Positions 21,844-31,868 of a stretch of 64,000 nucleotides of DNA are shown piece after piece. The stretch comes from an uncultured delta proteobacterium. Its GTDB lineage: Bacteria > Myxococcota > Myxococcia > Myxococcales > Anaeromyxobacteraceae. The stretch's first letter is position 1. Each line of letters begins with the position of its first letter. The translations under genes were made by a program, and so were the position numbers. Location: positions 1-64,000 of the forward strand of contig CAWFDF010000016.1 in NCBI GenBank assembly GCA_963814585.1, written 5' to 3'. Under the pieces are notes generated by a model. That model searched no databases and was not told the DNA's origin. It saw only the letters and a program-made list of their open reading frames with translations.

Positions 21844-22770
21844 GTGTCGAAAGGGACGCCCATCAGGCCCGGAAGAGCGCACACCGCGGGCTGGCCGCAC
21901 GCCGCGCTGCTGCTCATGGCGCCGCTCCTCCTCGGGGGCTCCTGGCACACCTACAATCGGCTCGTCTGCAGCGACTGCCACACCATGCACAACAGCGCCG
22001 CCGGCCAGGCGATGCGCTACGACCTCGACGACACCCCGGTCCAGTACCTGCTCCGCAGCGCCAGCCCCGACACGCTCTGCCTGCACTGCCACGGCTCGAT
22101 GCCGGCGCAGGGCGCCCCCGGGGTCACGCTGCAGGAGGGCGCGGTGCCCCCCTTCGACTCGGCCGCCGGGTTCTTCACCACCGCCGCCAGCGGGGGCCAG
22201 CCGGTCACCGGGCTGGGCCACGTCGTCGGCGTGGCGCCGACCCAGGACCCGGCCGAGTACTTCTCCAGCGCGGCCATGACGCTCGGCTGCCTGAGCTGCC
22301 ACGACCAGCACGGCAACGCCCTCTACCGGAACCTCCGCCCCGGCCCCTCGGGGCGCGGGGGCAGCGCCTCGCCGCTGGTCACCGAGCGGGTGCTGGCCGG
22401 CCAGGGCGCGGCGAGCACGGTCTACGGCGCCGCCAACATCCGCTACCAGTCGGGCTTCACCGAGTGGTGCCTCGACTGCCACGACCAGTACAGCCACTAC
22501 CACGTGGACGTCACCTTCGAGGCCCGCCCCGACCTCTTCTCCTACTACGCCGCCAACGCCCTCTCGGCCACGGGGACGCCGCTGCCGCGGCCGCGCGTCC
22601 AGACGCCCCTGGTCGAGGCCGTGCCGGATCCGACCAACCAGCTCTTCTGCCTCTCCTGCCACAAGGCCCACGGCAGCGGAGCCCCCCGTGGCGTGGTCTA
22701 CCCCGACCCCGCCGACACCAGCTCGCTGTGCGCCCGCTGCCATGTGCCGCCGGCGGCGGTGGCGCCATGA
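21844..22770 (+). CDS. Second, compact OmcS-family hexaheme cytochrome (start uncertain)
   Basis: WHTYNRLVCSDCHTMHNS, CLHCH, GH, CLSCHDQHG, FTEWCLDCH, CLSCHKAHGS, LCARCH. Confidence 0.75.
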   Translation: MSKGTPIRPGRAHTAGWPHAALLLMAPLLLGGSWHTYNRLVCSDCHTMHNSAAGQAMRYDLDDTPVQYLLRSASPDTLCLHCHGSMPAQGAPGVTLQEGAVPPFDSAAGFFTTAASGGQPVTGLGHVVGVAPTQDPAEYFSSAAMTLGCLSCHDQHGNALYRNLRPGPSGRGGSASPLVTERVLAGQGAASTVYGAANIRYQSGFTEWCLDCHDQYSHYHVDVTFEARPDLFSYYAANALSATGTPLPRPRVQTPLVEAVPDPTNQLFCLSCHKAHGSGAPRGVVYPDPADTSSLCARCHVPPAAVAP

Positions 22771-24212
22771 GCCGGGTCCTGCCCGGCACGCGCCGCCTGC
22801 TCCGCGGCCTCTCGGCCGCAGCCCTGCTGGCGGCGCTGCCGCTCGTCGCGACGGCCGGCCCCGAGGCCTTCCGCACCTCCCGCCACGCCGACCCGGTGAG
22901 CGGCCCGTTCCGCGATCGCAAGTACCGGCCCGGGACCTGCCTGCAGTGCCACGGCAGCGGCGGCGCCTCGACGATGGGACCGTCCAACCGGATGGCGCTC
23001 TTCGCCGCCAACGACGACCAGCTCTGCCTGACCTGCCACCGGTCGGCCCGCGGCTCCTTCCCCGATCCCTCGCTGGTGACCCGCTCGACGCACAGCCAGT
23101 CGCCGCAGGTGGTCTGGCCCGGGCCGGTGCCCAGGGCTCGCCCGCGGGGAGACGGGGGGCGCTGCCTCAACTGCCACGACCCGCACGGCCGGGTCGATGC
23201 GCTCGGCCCCATCCCGGACATGCTGGTGGCCCGCGGCGACGACCTGTGCCTCGCCTGCCACGGCGCAGGTGGGGGCGGCCCCGACATCGCGTCCGAGCTG
23301 AACGAGATCAGCCGGCACCCGCGCGCCACCGGCGGGCCCGTGAAGGGCGGCGCCTTGCCGGGGACGGTCTGCCTGGACTGCCACAACCCGCACCTGGCGC
23401 GGCGCGAGGCCACCGGCGCCCTGGGCGGGGCCTCGGGCCTGGTGGACGGCGTCCGCCGGGTCAGGCTGATCAACGGCGCGGCCGGCTCCCTCCCCCGGCT
23501 CATCCCGGTGGGGCCGGAGGACCGCTCCCCGACCCCGGAGTACGAGGTCTGCTTCCGCTGCCACGCCGGCGCGGCGGGCGACTCGGCCACCGTGCTGGCG
23601 GCGCCGGCGGGGGTCGCGCTGGCCCCACCGTCCGGTGCCGGGGCGGTCCCGGCGGCGGGCGCCATCGCCGCGGTGGCGCGCGGCCAGGTCGCCTCGGACT
23701 TCAACCCGGCCAACGCCTCCTACCACCCGGTCGAGGCCCCGGGGCGGGACGGCGCCATCGACCCGGCCGCGTTCGCCGGCGGCTGGCGGGCCGGGCGGAT
23801 GATCAGCTGCAGCGACTGCCATGGCTCCGGCAATGGCCGGGTCCGGGGGCCGCACGGCTCCAGCTTCCCGAAGCTGCTGAAGAGGCGGTACCCGGTCGCG
23901 GCCCAGGGCGCCCAGCAGGAGCCGTCCGACCTCTGCTTCGACTGCCATGCCTGGAGCGCCTACGCGGCCGCCGGCGCCGGGCTGGCCGCCACCTCGAGCC
24001 GGTACGCCGGCCACACCTCGCACGCCGGCCAGGGCCTCACCTGCCAGGCCTGCCACGAGCCCCACGGGAGCCCGAAGCTCCCCTCGCTCCTCGCGCTCCG
24101 CACGCCGGGCCTGGTCGCCTACCAGCGCGACGCCTCGGGCGGCACCTGCACCGTGAGCTGCCACGCCAAGACCCCGCCCGCGGCCAGCTACCGGCTGGCC
24201 TACCCCCGGTAA
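22767..24212 (+). CDS. Multiheme c-type cytochrome (9 CxxCH plus 1 CxxxCH)
   Basis: Signal peptide; CLQCH, CLTCH, CLNCH, CLACH, CLDCH, CFRCH, CSDCH, CFDCH, CQACH, CTVSCH; FNP.NASYHPV motif. Confidence 0.88.
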   Translation: MSRVLPGTRRLLRGLSAAALLAALPLVATAGPEAFRTSRHADPVSGPFRDRKYRPGTCLQCHGSGGASTMGPSNRMALFAANDDQLCLTCHRSARGSFPDPSLVTRSTHSQSPQVVWPGPVPRARPRGDGGRCLNCHDPHGRVDALGPIPDMLVARGDDLCLACHGAGGGGPDIASELNEISRHPRATGGPVKGGALPGTVCLDCHNPHLARREATGALGGASGLVDGVRRVRLINGAAGSLPRLIPVGPEDRSPTPEYEVCFRCHAGAAGDSATVLAAPAGVALAPPSGAGAVPAAGAIAAVARGQVASDFNPANASYHPVEAPGRDGAIDPAAFAGGWRAGRMISCSDCHGSGNGRVRGPHGSSFPKLLKRRYPVAAQGAQQEPSDLCFDCHAWSAYAAAGAGLAATSSRYAGHTSHAGQGLTCQACHEPHGSPKLPSLLALRTPGLVAYQRDASGGTCTVSCHAKTPPAASYRLAYPR

Positions 24213-24227
24213 GCCAGCTCCGCCTCG

Positions 24228-26387
24228 ATGGAACCCCAGGCCCAACCCCGCGCCCGCGCTGCCCTGGTCGCCTGGCTGCTGGCGCTCGCCCCGGGCCTGG
24301 CCTCGGCGGCCGTGGAGGGACTGGGGGCCACCGCCACGCTCCAGCTCAACCGGTTCGAGACCGCCGACACCGCCTCCGACGCGGTGAACCAGCGCTACTA
24401 CCTGTTCTTCGAGAACCCGCTCTCGGGCCTGCTCAAGTACCGGGCGAAGCTCGGCTACATCGAGGATCACGCCAACGTCTTCACCGAGGGGCCGCGCCTG
24501 GGACAGCGGGCCGTCCAGCCGGGGCTCCAGCTCGATTACGGGCGCGACTGGCTGTCGCTGAACGGTCTCTACGAGTACCAGTGGATCGAGCGGTTCTCCC
24601 AGGTCGCCGAGTCGGTGGCGGGCACGAACCACCGGGGCTCCACCACGCTGGGCATCCAGGCCACCGAGGCCCTCCGCTTCGCGGCCCGCTTCGAATGGCA
24701 CGGGCAGCGGGAGGCCAGCACCGACGTCCGGCTCGACCGCTACCGGGCCGACGCCAGTGGCACCTGGCAGCGCGGGGTCAACTCCGTCTCGCTCGGCCCG
24801 GTCCTCGACGTCTACAAGAACTCGGCCACCGGCTACCTGCGGACCACCATCTCCCCGACCGTCAAGGCGACCTACGGCGGCACCTGGCTCGGTGGGAGGC
24901 TCAACGTCAACCTGAACGGCGCCGCCGTCTACAGCCAGATCGACGAGTCGGCCGGCGGGGCCCTGCCGGTCAGCGAGCCGCGCGAGCTGGAGCCGCTCTC
25001 CGCGTATTACGTGGTGAGCAGCACGCCCGCCGACACCACCGCCACCCCCTCCACCTCGGTCCCGGCGCTGATCGACGGGAACTACGTCGCCAGCACCGGC
25101 ATCTCGCTCGGACCCGACGGCGTCTCGTCGCAGAACCTGGCGTTCGACATGGGCCGGGTGATCACCCTCGACGAGTTCCGGGTCTACCTCCGCGACCCCG
25201 CCGGCAACCCGCTCCAGGAGGGCGGCCCGGTGACCTGGACGGCCTACACCAGCCTGGACGGGCTGCGGTGGACACCCACCAGCTCGGCCGGGTCCAGGTT
25301 CGACCTGGGGCTGAGCGCCTGGGTCATCGCCTTCACGCCGACCGAGGCGCGCCACTTCAAGGTGGTCAACTTCGGCGTCAGCCGGCTCCCCACCCTGGTG
25401 ACCGAGATGGAGATCTACGAGCACCGGACCATCCTGCCCAACGAGACCCGGACCTCCTGGACCGCCACCCAGGTGGTGGGCGGAGGCGTGACGCTGCAGA
25501 TCACGGAGAAGCTCACGGCCACGGTGACCGGCACCCTGGGGGCCAACCAGCAGCGGCCGGCGGGGCGGGCCCCGTACGACTCCATCACCGACAACTACCT
25601 GGTCGGCCTGAGCGCCGGCCCCTGGGCCGGCTTCACCTTCTCGGGCTCCTACGCCCACAACGACTTCACGAGGACCCTCTCCCCCACGCTCCGCGGGGAC
25701 CTCGGATCGCTGGGGGTGGGCTTCGTGCCGAACGAGCTCGTGTCCACCGGGCTGACGGCCTCGGCCCAGCGGCAGGATTACGGCGACTTCCGGCTCGAGT
25801 CGCAGGGGCTGTCGCTCACCGCCGGCCTGAACCCCATCAGGAAGCTGAACATCGGCGCCTATGCCGCGGTGAACTGGTCGGTCAACTACCCGTACGGGCT
25901 GGAGCAGACCGTCATGTCGGCCGGCGGCAGCGCCGTCATCCTCATGCACCGGACCTTCGACGTCACGCTGGCCGCCACGGCGCAGAAGATCCTGTCGGGA
26001 GAGGCGGACCTGATCCCGGAAGGGGTCCCCATCGTGCCGCCGGCCATCCAGCGCAGCTACTCGGCGACGCTCCGCTACCACCCGAACTCCCAGCTCGATC
26101 TGAGCGCCCAGTTCGGGTATACGGAGACCGGGGCGGCTGACGGCCCGGTCCAGAACTACCGGGTGAACTGGCTCCCGTTCCCGAACGGCGCCTTCAGCCT
26201 CATCCTCAACTACCAGCAGAACGTCGAGCCCATCTCCGGCTCGAGCCTGAGCCGGCTCTCCGTCATCCCGGGGTGGAGCATCAGCAAGCATCTCTCGCTC
26301 ACCGCCTCGGTCTTCCGCCAGTGGGGGTCGGGCCCATTCGCCGTCCCGCTCGAGACCTACTACCTGGCGCTGACCTTCTACCTATGA
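24228..26387 (+). CDS. Outer-membrane beta-barrel protein with an inserted discoidin/F5-8-like beta-sandwich
   Basis: Signal peptide, amphipathic strands, C-terminal aromatic (TFYL); central insert LIDGN...LAFDMG...YTSLDG..W...ARHFKV...VTEME. Confidence 0.7.
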   Translation: MEPQAQPRARAALVAWLLALAPGLASAAVEGLGATATLQLNRFETADTASDAVNQRYYLFFENPLSGLLKYRAKLGYIEDHANVFTEGPRLGQRAVQPGLQLDYGRDWLSLNGLYEYQWIERFSQVAESVAGTNHRGSTTLGIQATEALRFAARFEWHGQREASTDVRLDRYRADASGTWQRGVNSVSLGPVLDVYKNSATGYLRTTISPTVKATYGGTWLGGRLNVNLNGAAVYSQIDESAGGALPVSEPRELEPLSAYYVVSSTPADTTATPSTSVPALIDGNYVASTGISLGPDGVSSQNLAFDMGRVITLDEFRVYLRDPAGNPLQEGGPVTWTAYTSLDGLRWTPTSSAGSRFDLGLSAWVIAFTPTEARHFKVVNFGVSRLPTLVTEMEIYEHRTILPNETRTSWTATQVVGGGVTLQITEKLTATVTGTLGANQQRPAGRAPYDSITDNYLVGLSAGPWAGFTFSGSYAHNDFTRTLSPTLRGDLGSLGVGFVPNELVSTGLTASAQRQDYGDFRLESQGLSLTAGLNPIRKLNIGAYAAVNWSVNYPYGLEQTVMSAGGSAVILMHRTFDVTLAATAQKILSGEADLIPEGVPIVPPAIQRSYSATLRYHPNSQLDLSAQFGYTETGAADGPVQNYRVNWLPFPNGAFSLILNYQQNVEPISGSSLSRLSVIPGWSISKHLSLTASVFRQWGSGPFAVPLETYYLALTFYL

Positions 26388-26968
26388 GCCCCACCGCGCA
26401 GCGACGTTCTCGACTCCCCGGCGGACGGGCCGGCTGGCCGCTCCTGCTGGCGCTGGCCCTGGGGTGCGCGGCGCCGGGCCCGTACGTCAGCGACCGCGCC
26501 GACTTCTCGCTGATCCGGTCGGTCGCCATCCTGCCCTTCGACGACGCCTCGGGGGAGAAGCTCGGGGCGGAGCGGATCCAGCGGATCTTCATGACCGAGC
26601 TGCTGGCCCTCGGGGTCTTCGACCCGGTCGAGCCCGGGCAGGTGGTCCGGGCGGTCCGCACCGAGCGGATCGACCCCGCCACCTTCACCCCGGACGACAT
26701 CAAGAAGCTGGGGAAGCTGCTCGGCGTCCAGGGCGTCTTCGTCGGCTCGATCATCGAGTACTCCGAGGGGAAGTCCGCCTCGCAGTCGGCGCAGGTGACG
26801 CTGCAGATCCGGCTGCTCGACGTGGAGTCTGGCAAGACGGTCTGGTCCACCAGCCGGAGCGGGACCGGCGCGACGGTGACCGGACGGCTCTTCGGGATGG
26901 GGTCGCTCACCGCCTCCGAGGTCGCGCGGCAGCTGATCCGCGAGGAGCTCGAGCGCCTCGTCCGGTGA
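26384..26968 (+). CDS. CsgG/GNA1162-like lipoprotein
   Basis: Lipobox ALGC; VAILPF, LGKLLGVQGVFVGSI.EY, IRLLDVESGKTVWS. Confidence 0.75.
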   Translation: MSPTAQRRSRLPGGRAGWPLLLALALGCAAPGPYVSDRADFSLIRSVAILPFDDASGEKLGAERIQRIFMTELLALGVFDPVEPGQVVRAVRTERIDPATFTPDDIKKLGKLLGVQGVFVGSIIEYSEGKSASQSAQVTLQIRLLDVESGKTVWSTSRSGTGATVTGRLFGMGSLTASEVARQLIREELERLVR

Positions 26969-26971
26969 ACC

Positions 26972-28036
26972 ATGAGCCTCCGGGCGGCCGTCGCACTCCT
27001 GCTCCTCGCCATGCCCCCGGCCGTCCCGGCCGCCGAGGGGCGGCTGGTGCTGCTCCCGTTCGACGGCCAGGTCGGCCCCGCCTTCCGCCTGGCGGTGGCG
27101 CAGACCGTCATGGTCGCCCTGGCCCGGCGGGGGTACACGGTGGTGGGCGGCGAGGTGGCGGAGCGCTTCCTGGAGGAGCGCCGCATCCGCTACCTCGACT
27201 CCCTGACCGAGGCCGACGTCCGCGCGCTCAGCGGGGAGTTCCACGCCGACGGCGTGGTGCTGGGGGCCTTCATCGCCCTCCCCGACGAGCAGTCGCCGGA
27301 GGCCGCCCTCTCCGCCCGGCTGATCCGGGCGGACGGACGGATGGCGTGGACCGCCACCTCCGGCCTGTCGTCGCGGGGCGAGCAGCTCCGCCCCTACACC
27401 GAGGGTGGCGCCAGGGCCACCCTGCGCCCGGTCGAGCAGCTCACCGCGGTCGCCAGGCAGCTGTTCCAGGGGTTCCCCGAGAACGGCGCGCCCCTGCCCG
27501 TCCGGGTCGCCGGCTACACGGTCGGCTCGTCCCCCAGGACCTACCGGGCGCCCGGCTTCTTCCGGGAGCGCCGGCGCGTCTGCCTGCTCCCGTTCTCCAA
27601 CGTCACGGCCACGCAGGCCGCCCCCCGCGCCGTGGAGGCGATCTTCGCCCGGGCGCTCGGGGAGCGGAACCAGTTCCAGGTGGTGGAGCCGGCCGAGCTG
27701 CGCCGCGCCTTCGTGGAGGAGGGGATCTGGAGCCCGCGCTGGCTCACCCTGGACCACTACCGCCGGCTCAGCGCCCGGGTCGGCGGCTGCGCCTTCCTGA
27801 GCGGGGACATCCTGACCTACGGTAATGTGAGCGACTCCGTGGGCGGGAGCACGCCCGCCGTGGAGATCTACGTCAGCCTGGTGGAGCCGCCGGCCGGCCG
27901 GGTGGTCTGGTCGGCGCTGCACGTGCGGCGAGGCCAGGAGTACGAGCACCTGCTCGGCCTGGGCGTGCTCCAGAGCCGGTTCGAGGTGGGCGAGCAGGTG
28001 GTGCAGGAGCTGGTCAGGGGGCTCTACGCCCCGTGA
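26972..28036 (+). CDS. Secreted protein with two CsgG/TolB-N-like domains
   Basis: Two LLPF repeats, ADGVVLG, ARLI..DG...W, LVEP..GRVVWS. Confidence 0.65.
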   Translation: MSLRAAVALLLLAMPPAVPAAEGRLVLLPFDGQVGPAFRLAVAQTVMVALARRGYTVVGGEVAERFLEERRIRYLDSLTEADVRALSGEFHADGVVLGAFIALPDEQSPEAALSARLIRADGRMAWTATSGLSSRGEQLRPYTEGGARATLRPVEQLTAVARQLFQGFPENGAPLPVRVAGYTVGSSPRTYRAPGFFRERRRVCLLPFSNVTATQAAPRAVEAIFARALGERNQFQVVEPAELRRAFVEEGIWSPRWLTLDHYRRLSARVGGCAFLSGDILTYGNVSDSVGGSTPAVEIYVSLVEPPAGRVVWSALHVRRGQEYEHLLGLGVLQSRFEVGEQVVQELVRGLYAP

Positions 28037-28064
28037 AAAGGTCGTGAGACCGAAGGGAAGGCAC

Positions 28065-29915
28065 ATGAAGAAGCTGCTCCTCATCGCCGCGACGGCCGGG
28101 CTCTGCTCCGGCTGCGCCGCGCCGCGCTACCTCGCCAAGGTCAACGGCGAGGAGATCACCGGCACCGACATGCGCCGCGAGTTCGGCCGGCGCCACCGGT
28201 CGATGGAGAAGTACCTGGCGACCGAGGCCGAGGTGCGCAGGGTGCTGGACTCGGTCATCGACCGGCGGCTCTTCCTCCAGGAGGCCCGCCGCGCCGGCCT
28301 CCAGGACGATCCGGCCGTGCGCGAGGCCATCAACGGCGAGCGCGAACGCCGGCTCGTCGAGACGCTGGTCCGGCGCGAGGTCGAGCTGCCGGCCGAGCCG
28401 ACCGAGGCGGAAGTGGCAGCGGCCTACAAGCTGATGGAGCAGGGAGGGCTGGCGCGCGAGGTGGTCACGGCCACCCGGATCGAGGCCGAGGAGGTGCGGA
28501 CCCGGGCGCTGGCCGGCGACGACTTCGAGGCGCTGGCGCGCGAGCGCTCCATCGCCCGGAGCCGGCTCAACGGCGGGCTGCTGGTGCTCCGCTTCGGCGA
28601 CGCCGAGGTGGCGCGAGAGGAGGCCGGGCGCGCCCTGCGGGAAGGGGACATCTCCCCGGTCATCGAGCTGCGGCAGGGCTTTGCGGTCCTCAAGCTGGAG
28701 GAGCGCAAGCTCATCGTCCCGCCGGACCTGCCGGTGGTGAAGGAGAAGCTCTCGGCCATCCTCAAGCGCCGAAAGGTGGAGGTGCTGGACCGGGAGTTCA
28801 TCGCCGCCATGCGGGCCAAGTACGCCGCCCAGGTGGCGCCCTGCGACTTCTCGCTGGCCTCGCTGGAGAAGGCGCGCGCCACGCCGGTCGAGACCGTCTG
28901 CGCCACCTGGACCGGCGGCTCCTACACGCTGTCCGGGCTGGCGGCCAGGCTGCCGCTGGACCGGCTCCGCGCCGCCCCGCCCGAGCGGTACGACGCCGAG
29001 GTGGAGATGAGGGTCGGCGACGTGGTGGCGGAGCGGCTGCTCCTGGCGGAGGCGATGGCCCGCGGCCTCGACAAGGATCCCGAGGTGGTGGAGCCGGTCC
29101 AGTCGCTCGAGGAGAAGCTCCTGGTCGAGCTCTACCTGGAGCGGTACGTCACGCTCGAGGTGACGGTCAGCGACGCCGAGGTGGAGGCCGGCTACCTGGC
29201 GCAGAAGGCCGAGCTGATCGTCCCCGAGTCGCGCCTCCTCTCGCAGATCGAGGTGGCCAGCGCCGAGACGGCGGCCGCCGCGCAGCGGCGGCTCGGGGAG
29301 GGGGAGCGGTTCGAGGAGGTCGCCAGTGAGCTCACCACCAACGTCGAGCAGGCCAAGCGGGGTGGGCTGATCGGGTGGAAGACCAGGTCGGAGCTCACCG
29401 AGCCCTTCGCCGCGGTGTTCGAGGCGCGGCGAGGCGTGGTGGTCGGTCCGGTCGCGGCCGGGGGCCACTTCTACCTCGTCAAGGTCCTGGAGATCCGGCC
29501 GGAGACGCCGCTGGAGCGCAAGGAGGCGGAGGCCAAGGTCCGGGAGGCGCTGCTGACGGGCCGCCGCTTCGAGCGCTTCGAGCGCTTCCGCGAGCAGCTC
29601 CGGAAGGCCTCCGAGGTCGTGGTGAGCGACGCGGGCGTCCGGCGCTACCTGGAGGAGAACCCGGCCCCGGTGGTGAAGACACCTCCAGCGCCTACCGCCG
29701 GGACGGGTGGTCATGCCGGCATGGGCTCGATGCCCGGCGACATGCCGGCGGGCGGCATCCCCGGGGGGATGCCTGGTGGGCACGGTGGGCCAGGTGGCCA
29801 CGGCGGTCCTCCACCGGGCGCGAAGGCGCCCACGCCGGGCGCCACGCCGCCGGCTGCGACGTCGCCAGGTGCTGCGCCGCCGGGCCCGGCGACGCCCAGG
29901 CCAAGCACGCCCTGA
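28065..29915 (+). CDS. PPIase chaperone lipoprotein (two parvulin domains; OscH-like) with a Gly/Met/His/Pro-rich tail
   Basis: Lipobox CSGC; LAKVNGEEIT, GDDFEALARERS, GERFEEVA.ELT...GGLIGW, GPV...HFYLVKV. Confidence 0.85.
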   Translation: MKKLLLIAATAGLCSGCAAPRYLAKVNGEEITGTDMRREFGRRHRSMEKYLATEAEVRRVLDSVIDRRLFLQEARRAGLQDDPAVREAINGERERRLVETLVRREVELPAEPTEAEVAAAYKLMEQGGLAREVVTATRIEAEEVRTRALAGDDFEALARERSIARSRLNGGLLVLRFGDAEVAREEAGRALREGDISPVIELRQGFAVLKLEERKLIVPPDLPVVKEKLSAILKRRKVEVLDREFIAAMRAKYAAQVAPCDFSLASLEKARATPVETVCATWTGGSYTLSGLAARLPLDRLRAAPPERYDAEVEMRVGDVVAERLLLAEAMARGLDKDPEVVEPVQSLEEKLLVELYLERYVTLEVTVSDAEVEAGYLAQKAELIVPESRLLSQIEVASAETAAAAQRRLGEGERFEEVASELTTNVEQAKRGGLIGWKTRSELTEPFAAVFEARRGVVVGPVAAGGHFYLVKVLEIRPETPLERKEAEAKVREALLTGRRFERFERFREQLRKASEVVVSDAGVRRYLEENPAPVVKTPPAPTAGTGGHAGMGSMPGDMPAGGIPGGMPGGHGGPGGHGGPPPGAKAPTPGATPPAATSPGAAPPGPATPRPSTP

Positions 29916-29921
29916 TCGAAG

Positions 29922-31803
29922 ATGAAGCAGGGCGCGAAGGCCAGGCCGCTGCTCCTGCTGGCGGGGCTCCTGCTCGCCACCGGCCTGGCCTACACCGGCT
30001 CGCTGGACGGCGGGCTGCTGTTCGACGACACCAACCTGATCGAGCAGAACGCCGACATCCGTGATCTGGCCGCCTTCCCGGGCCAGGTGCTCCGGGAGCG
30101 GCTGGGCACCGGCACCCGCGTCCTCACCGACCTGACGTTCGCCCTCGACTACGCCCGTTCCGGGCTGGCGCCGCGCGCCTACCACGTGACCAGCCTGGCG
30201 CTCCACCTCCTGGCGGTGGTGCTCGCCTTCCTCCTCGGGCGGCGGCTGCTGGCCGGGCTCGGCTGGCCGGATCCCGAAGGTCCGGCGCTGGCGGCCGCGG
30301 CGCTCTGGGCGCTCCACCCGCTCAACAGCCAGGCCGTCAACTACGTGGTGCAGCGCGCGGAGGTGATGGCCTCCCTCTTCTACCTGCTGGCGGCCTGGCT
30401 GGTGCTGATCGCGGTGGAGCGTGGGCGCACCTGGGCCGGCGCCGCCGCCTACCTGGGGGCGCTGGTGGCCACCCTGGCCGGGCTCGACTCGAAGCAGATC
30501 GTGGTGACCATTCCCGCCGTCGTCCTGCTGGCGCTGGTGACCACCGGCGCGCCGGCGGGACCGCCGGCCCGCCGCTGGCTCGTCCGCCTCGGGCTGGCGA
30601 CGCCCTTCGCGCTGCTGGCCCTGTGGGTCGCCACCCGCACCATCCCCACGCTCTCCGGGAACAGCCACGTCGGCTTCGACATCCCCGGCCTCTCCCCGGC
30701 TGGCTACCTGCTGAGCCAGACCCGGGTCCTGGTCCAGTACCTCGGGCTGCTGGCCTGGCCGGCCGGACTCAACCTGGATCACGGCCTCACCCCGAGCCAC
30801 TCGCTGCTGGAGCCGGCGGTCCTGGCCTCGACGGCGCTCCTGCTGGCGCTCTGCGCCGGCGCGCTCGCGCTCGCCTGGTGGGGCTCACGGCCGGGCCGCG
30901 ACCAGCGGGTGGTCGCGGCCTCCAGGCTCGCGCCGTTCGGCCTGGCCTGGTTTTTCGTGGTCCTCTCGCCCACCTCCAGCGTGGTCCCGCTGGTGGACCT
31001 CATGTTCGAGCACCGGGTCTACCTGGCCTCCTGGGGAGTCGTCCTGGCGGTGGTGGTGCTCGTGTCCGCTGCCCTGTCGAGGCTGGTCCAGCCGCCGGAG
31101 CGCGCGGCGACCGCGGGGCTGGTGCTGGTCCTGGTGACCGGCGCGGCGCTCGGCGTCGCGCTCCACCAGCGCAACCGGGTGTGGGCCGATCCGGCCACCA
31201 TCTGGGCCGACGTGGTCGCCAAGGCCCCCGGCAACTGGCGCGGCTACCAGAACCTGGCCCAGGTGCTCGCCAGCCGCGGCCAGTACCGCCCGGCCGTCGA
31301 GCTGCGGGAGCGCGCCCTGACGGTCGCCCGCCAGCCCCAGGACCGCGCCGAGGTGCTGCGCAACCTGGGGGCCAACCTCATCGAGCTCCAGCAGGTCGAT
31401 TCGGGCCGCCGCCGCGCTGCTCGAGGCGGAGCGGCTCATCCCGCGGGACGCCGGCGTGCAGAACAACCTGGCCATCTGCGCCGAGGAGCTGGGGCGGCTC
31501 GACGAGGCGGAGCGGCGCGCCCGGCGGGCCATCGAGCTGGACCCGGCGCAGCCCAACGCCTACGGCACGCTGGGGCGGATCCTGGCGCGCCGCGGGGACC
31601 TGGGCGGGGCGCTGCAGGCCTTCGGGCAGGCGGCCGCCCTGAGCCCGGACGACCTGATCCCGCTCCACAACCTGGCCCGGGCCCAGGAGCTGGTCGGCCG
31701 CCCGGCGGAGGCCTGCGCCACCTGGCGGCGCTACGGCGGGGTCCGCGGCGGCGTGGGCCGTCGGGATGCCGAGGCGGCGCGGGCCCGGCTCCGCTGCCCG
31801 TGA
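29922..31803 (+). CDS. TMTC-like membrane glycosyltransferase with C-terminal TPRs; frameshift near 31400
   Basis: FDD..LI..N, YHVTSLALH, ALHPLNSQAVNYV.QRAE, SK, YLGLL.WP..LN.DH, EHRVYL, RNRVW.D, TPRs. Confidence 0.8.
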
Positions 31804-31868
31804 TGCTGGCCCCGGCTCCTCTTCCGGGCTGAAGGGCGGCGACGCCTGGGCTATCCTCGCGCCCCGCC

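Noticed and set aside
22688..26291. Very long alternative-frame and antisense ORFs (also 16976-19252, 28014-30800, 37703-40741)
   Set aside because: Shadow ORFs expected in high-GC DNA; Arg/Pro/Gly-rich, no motifs, overlapping well-supported genes
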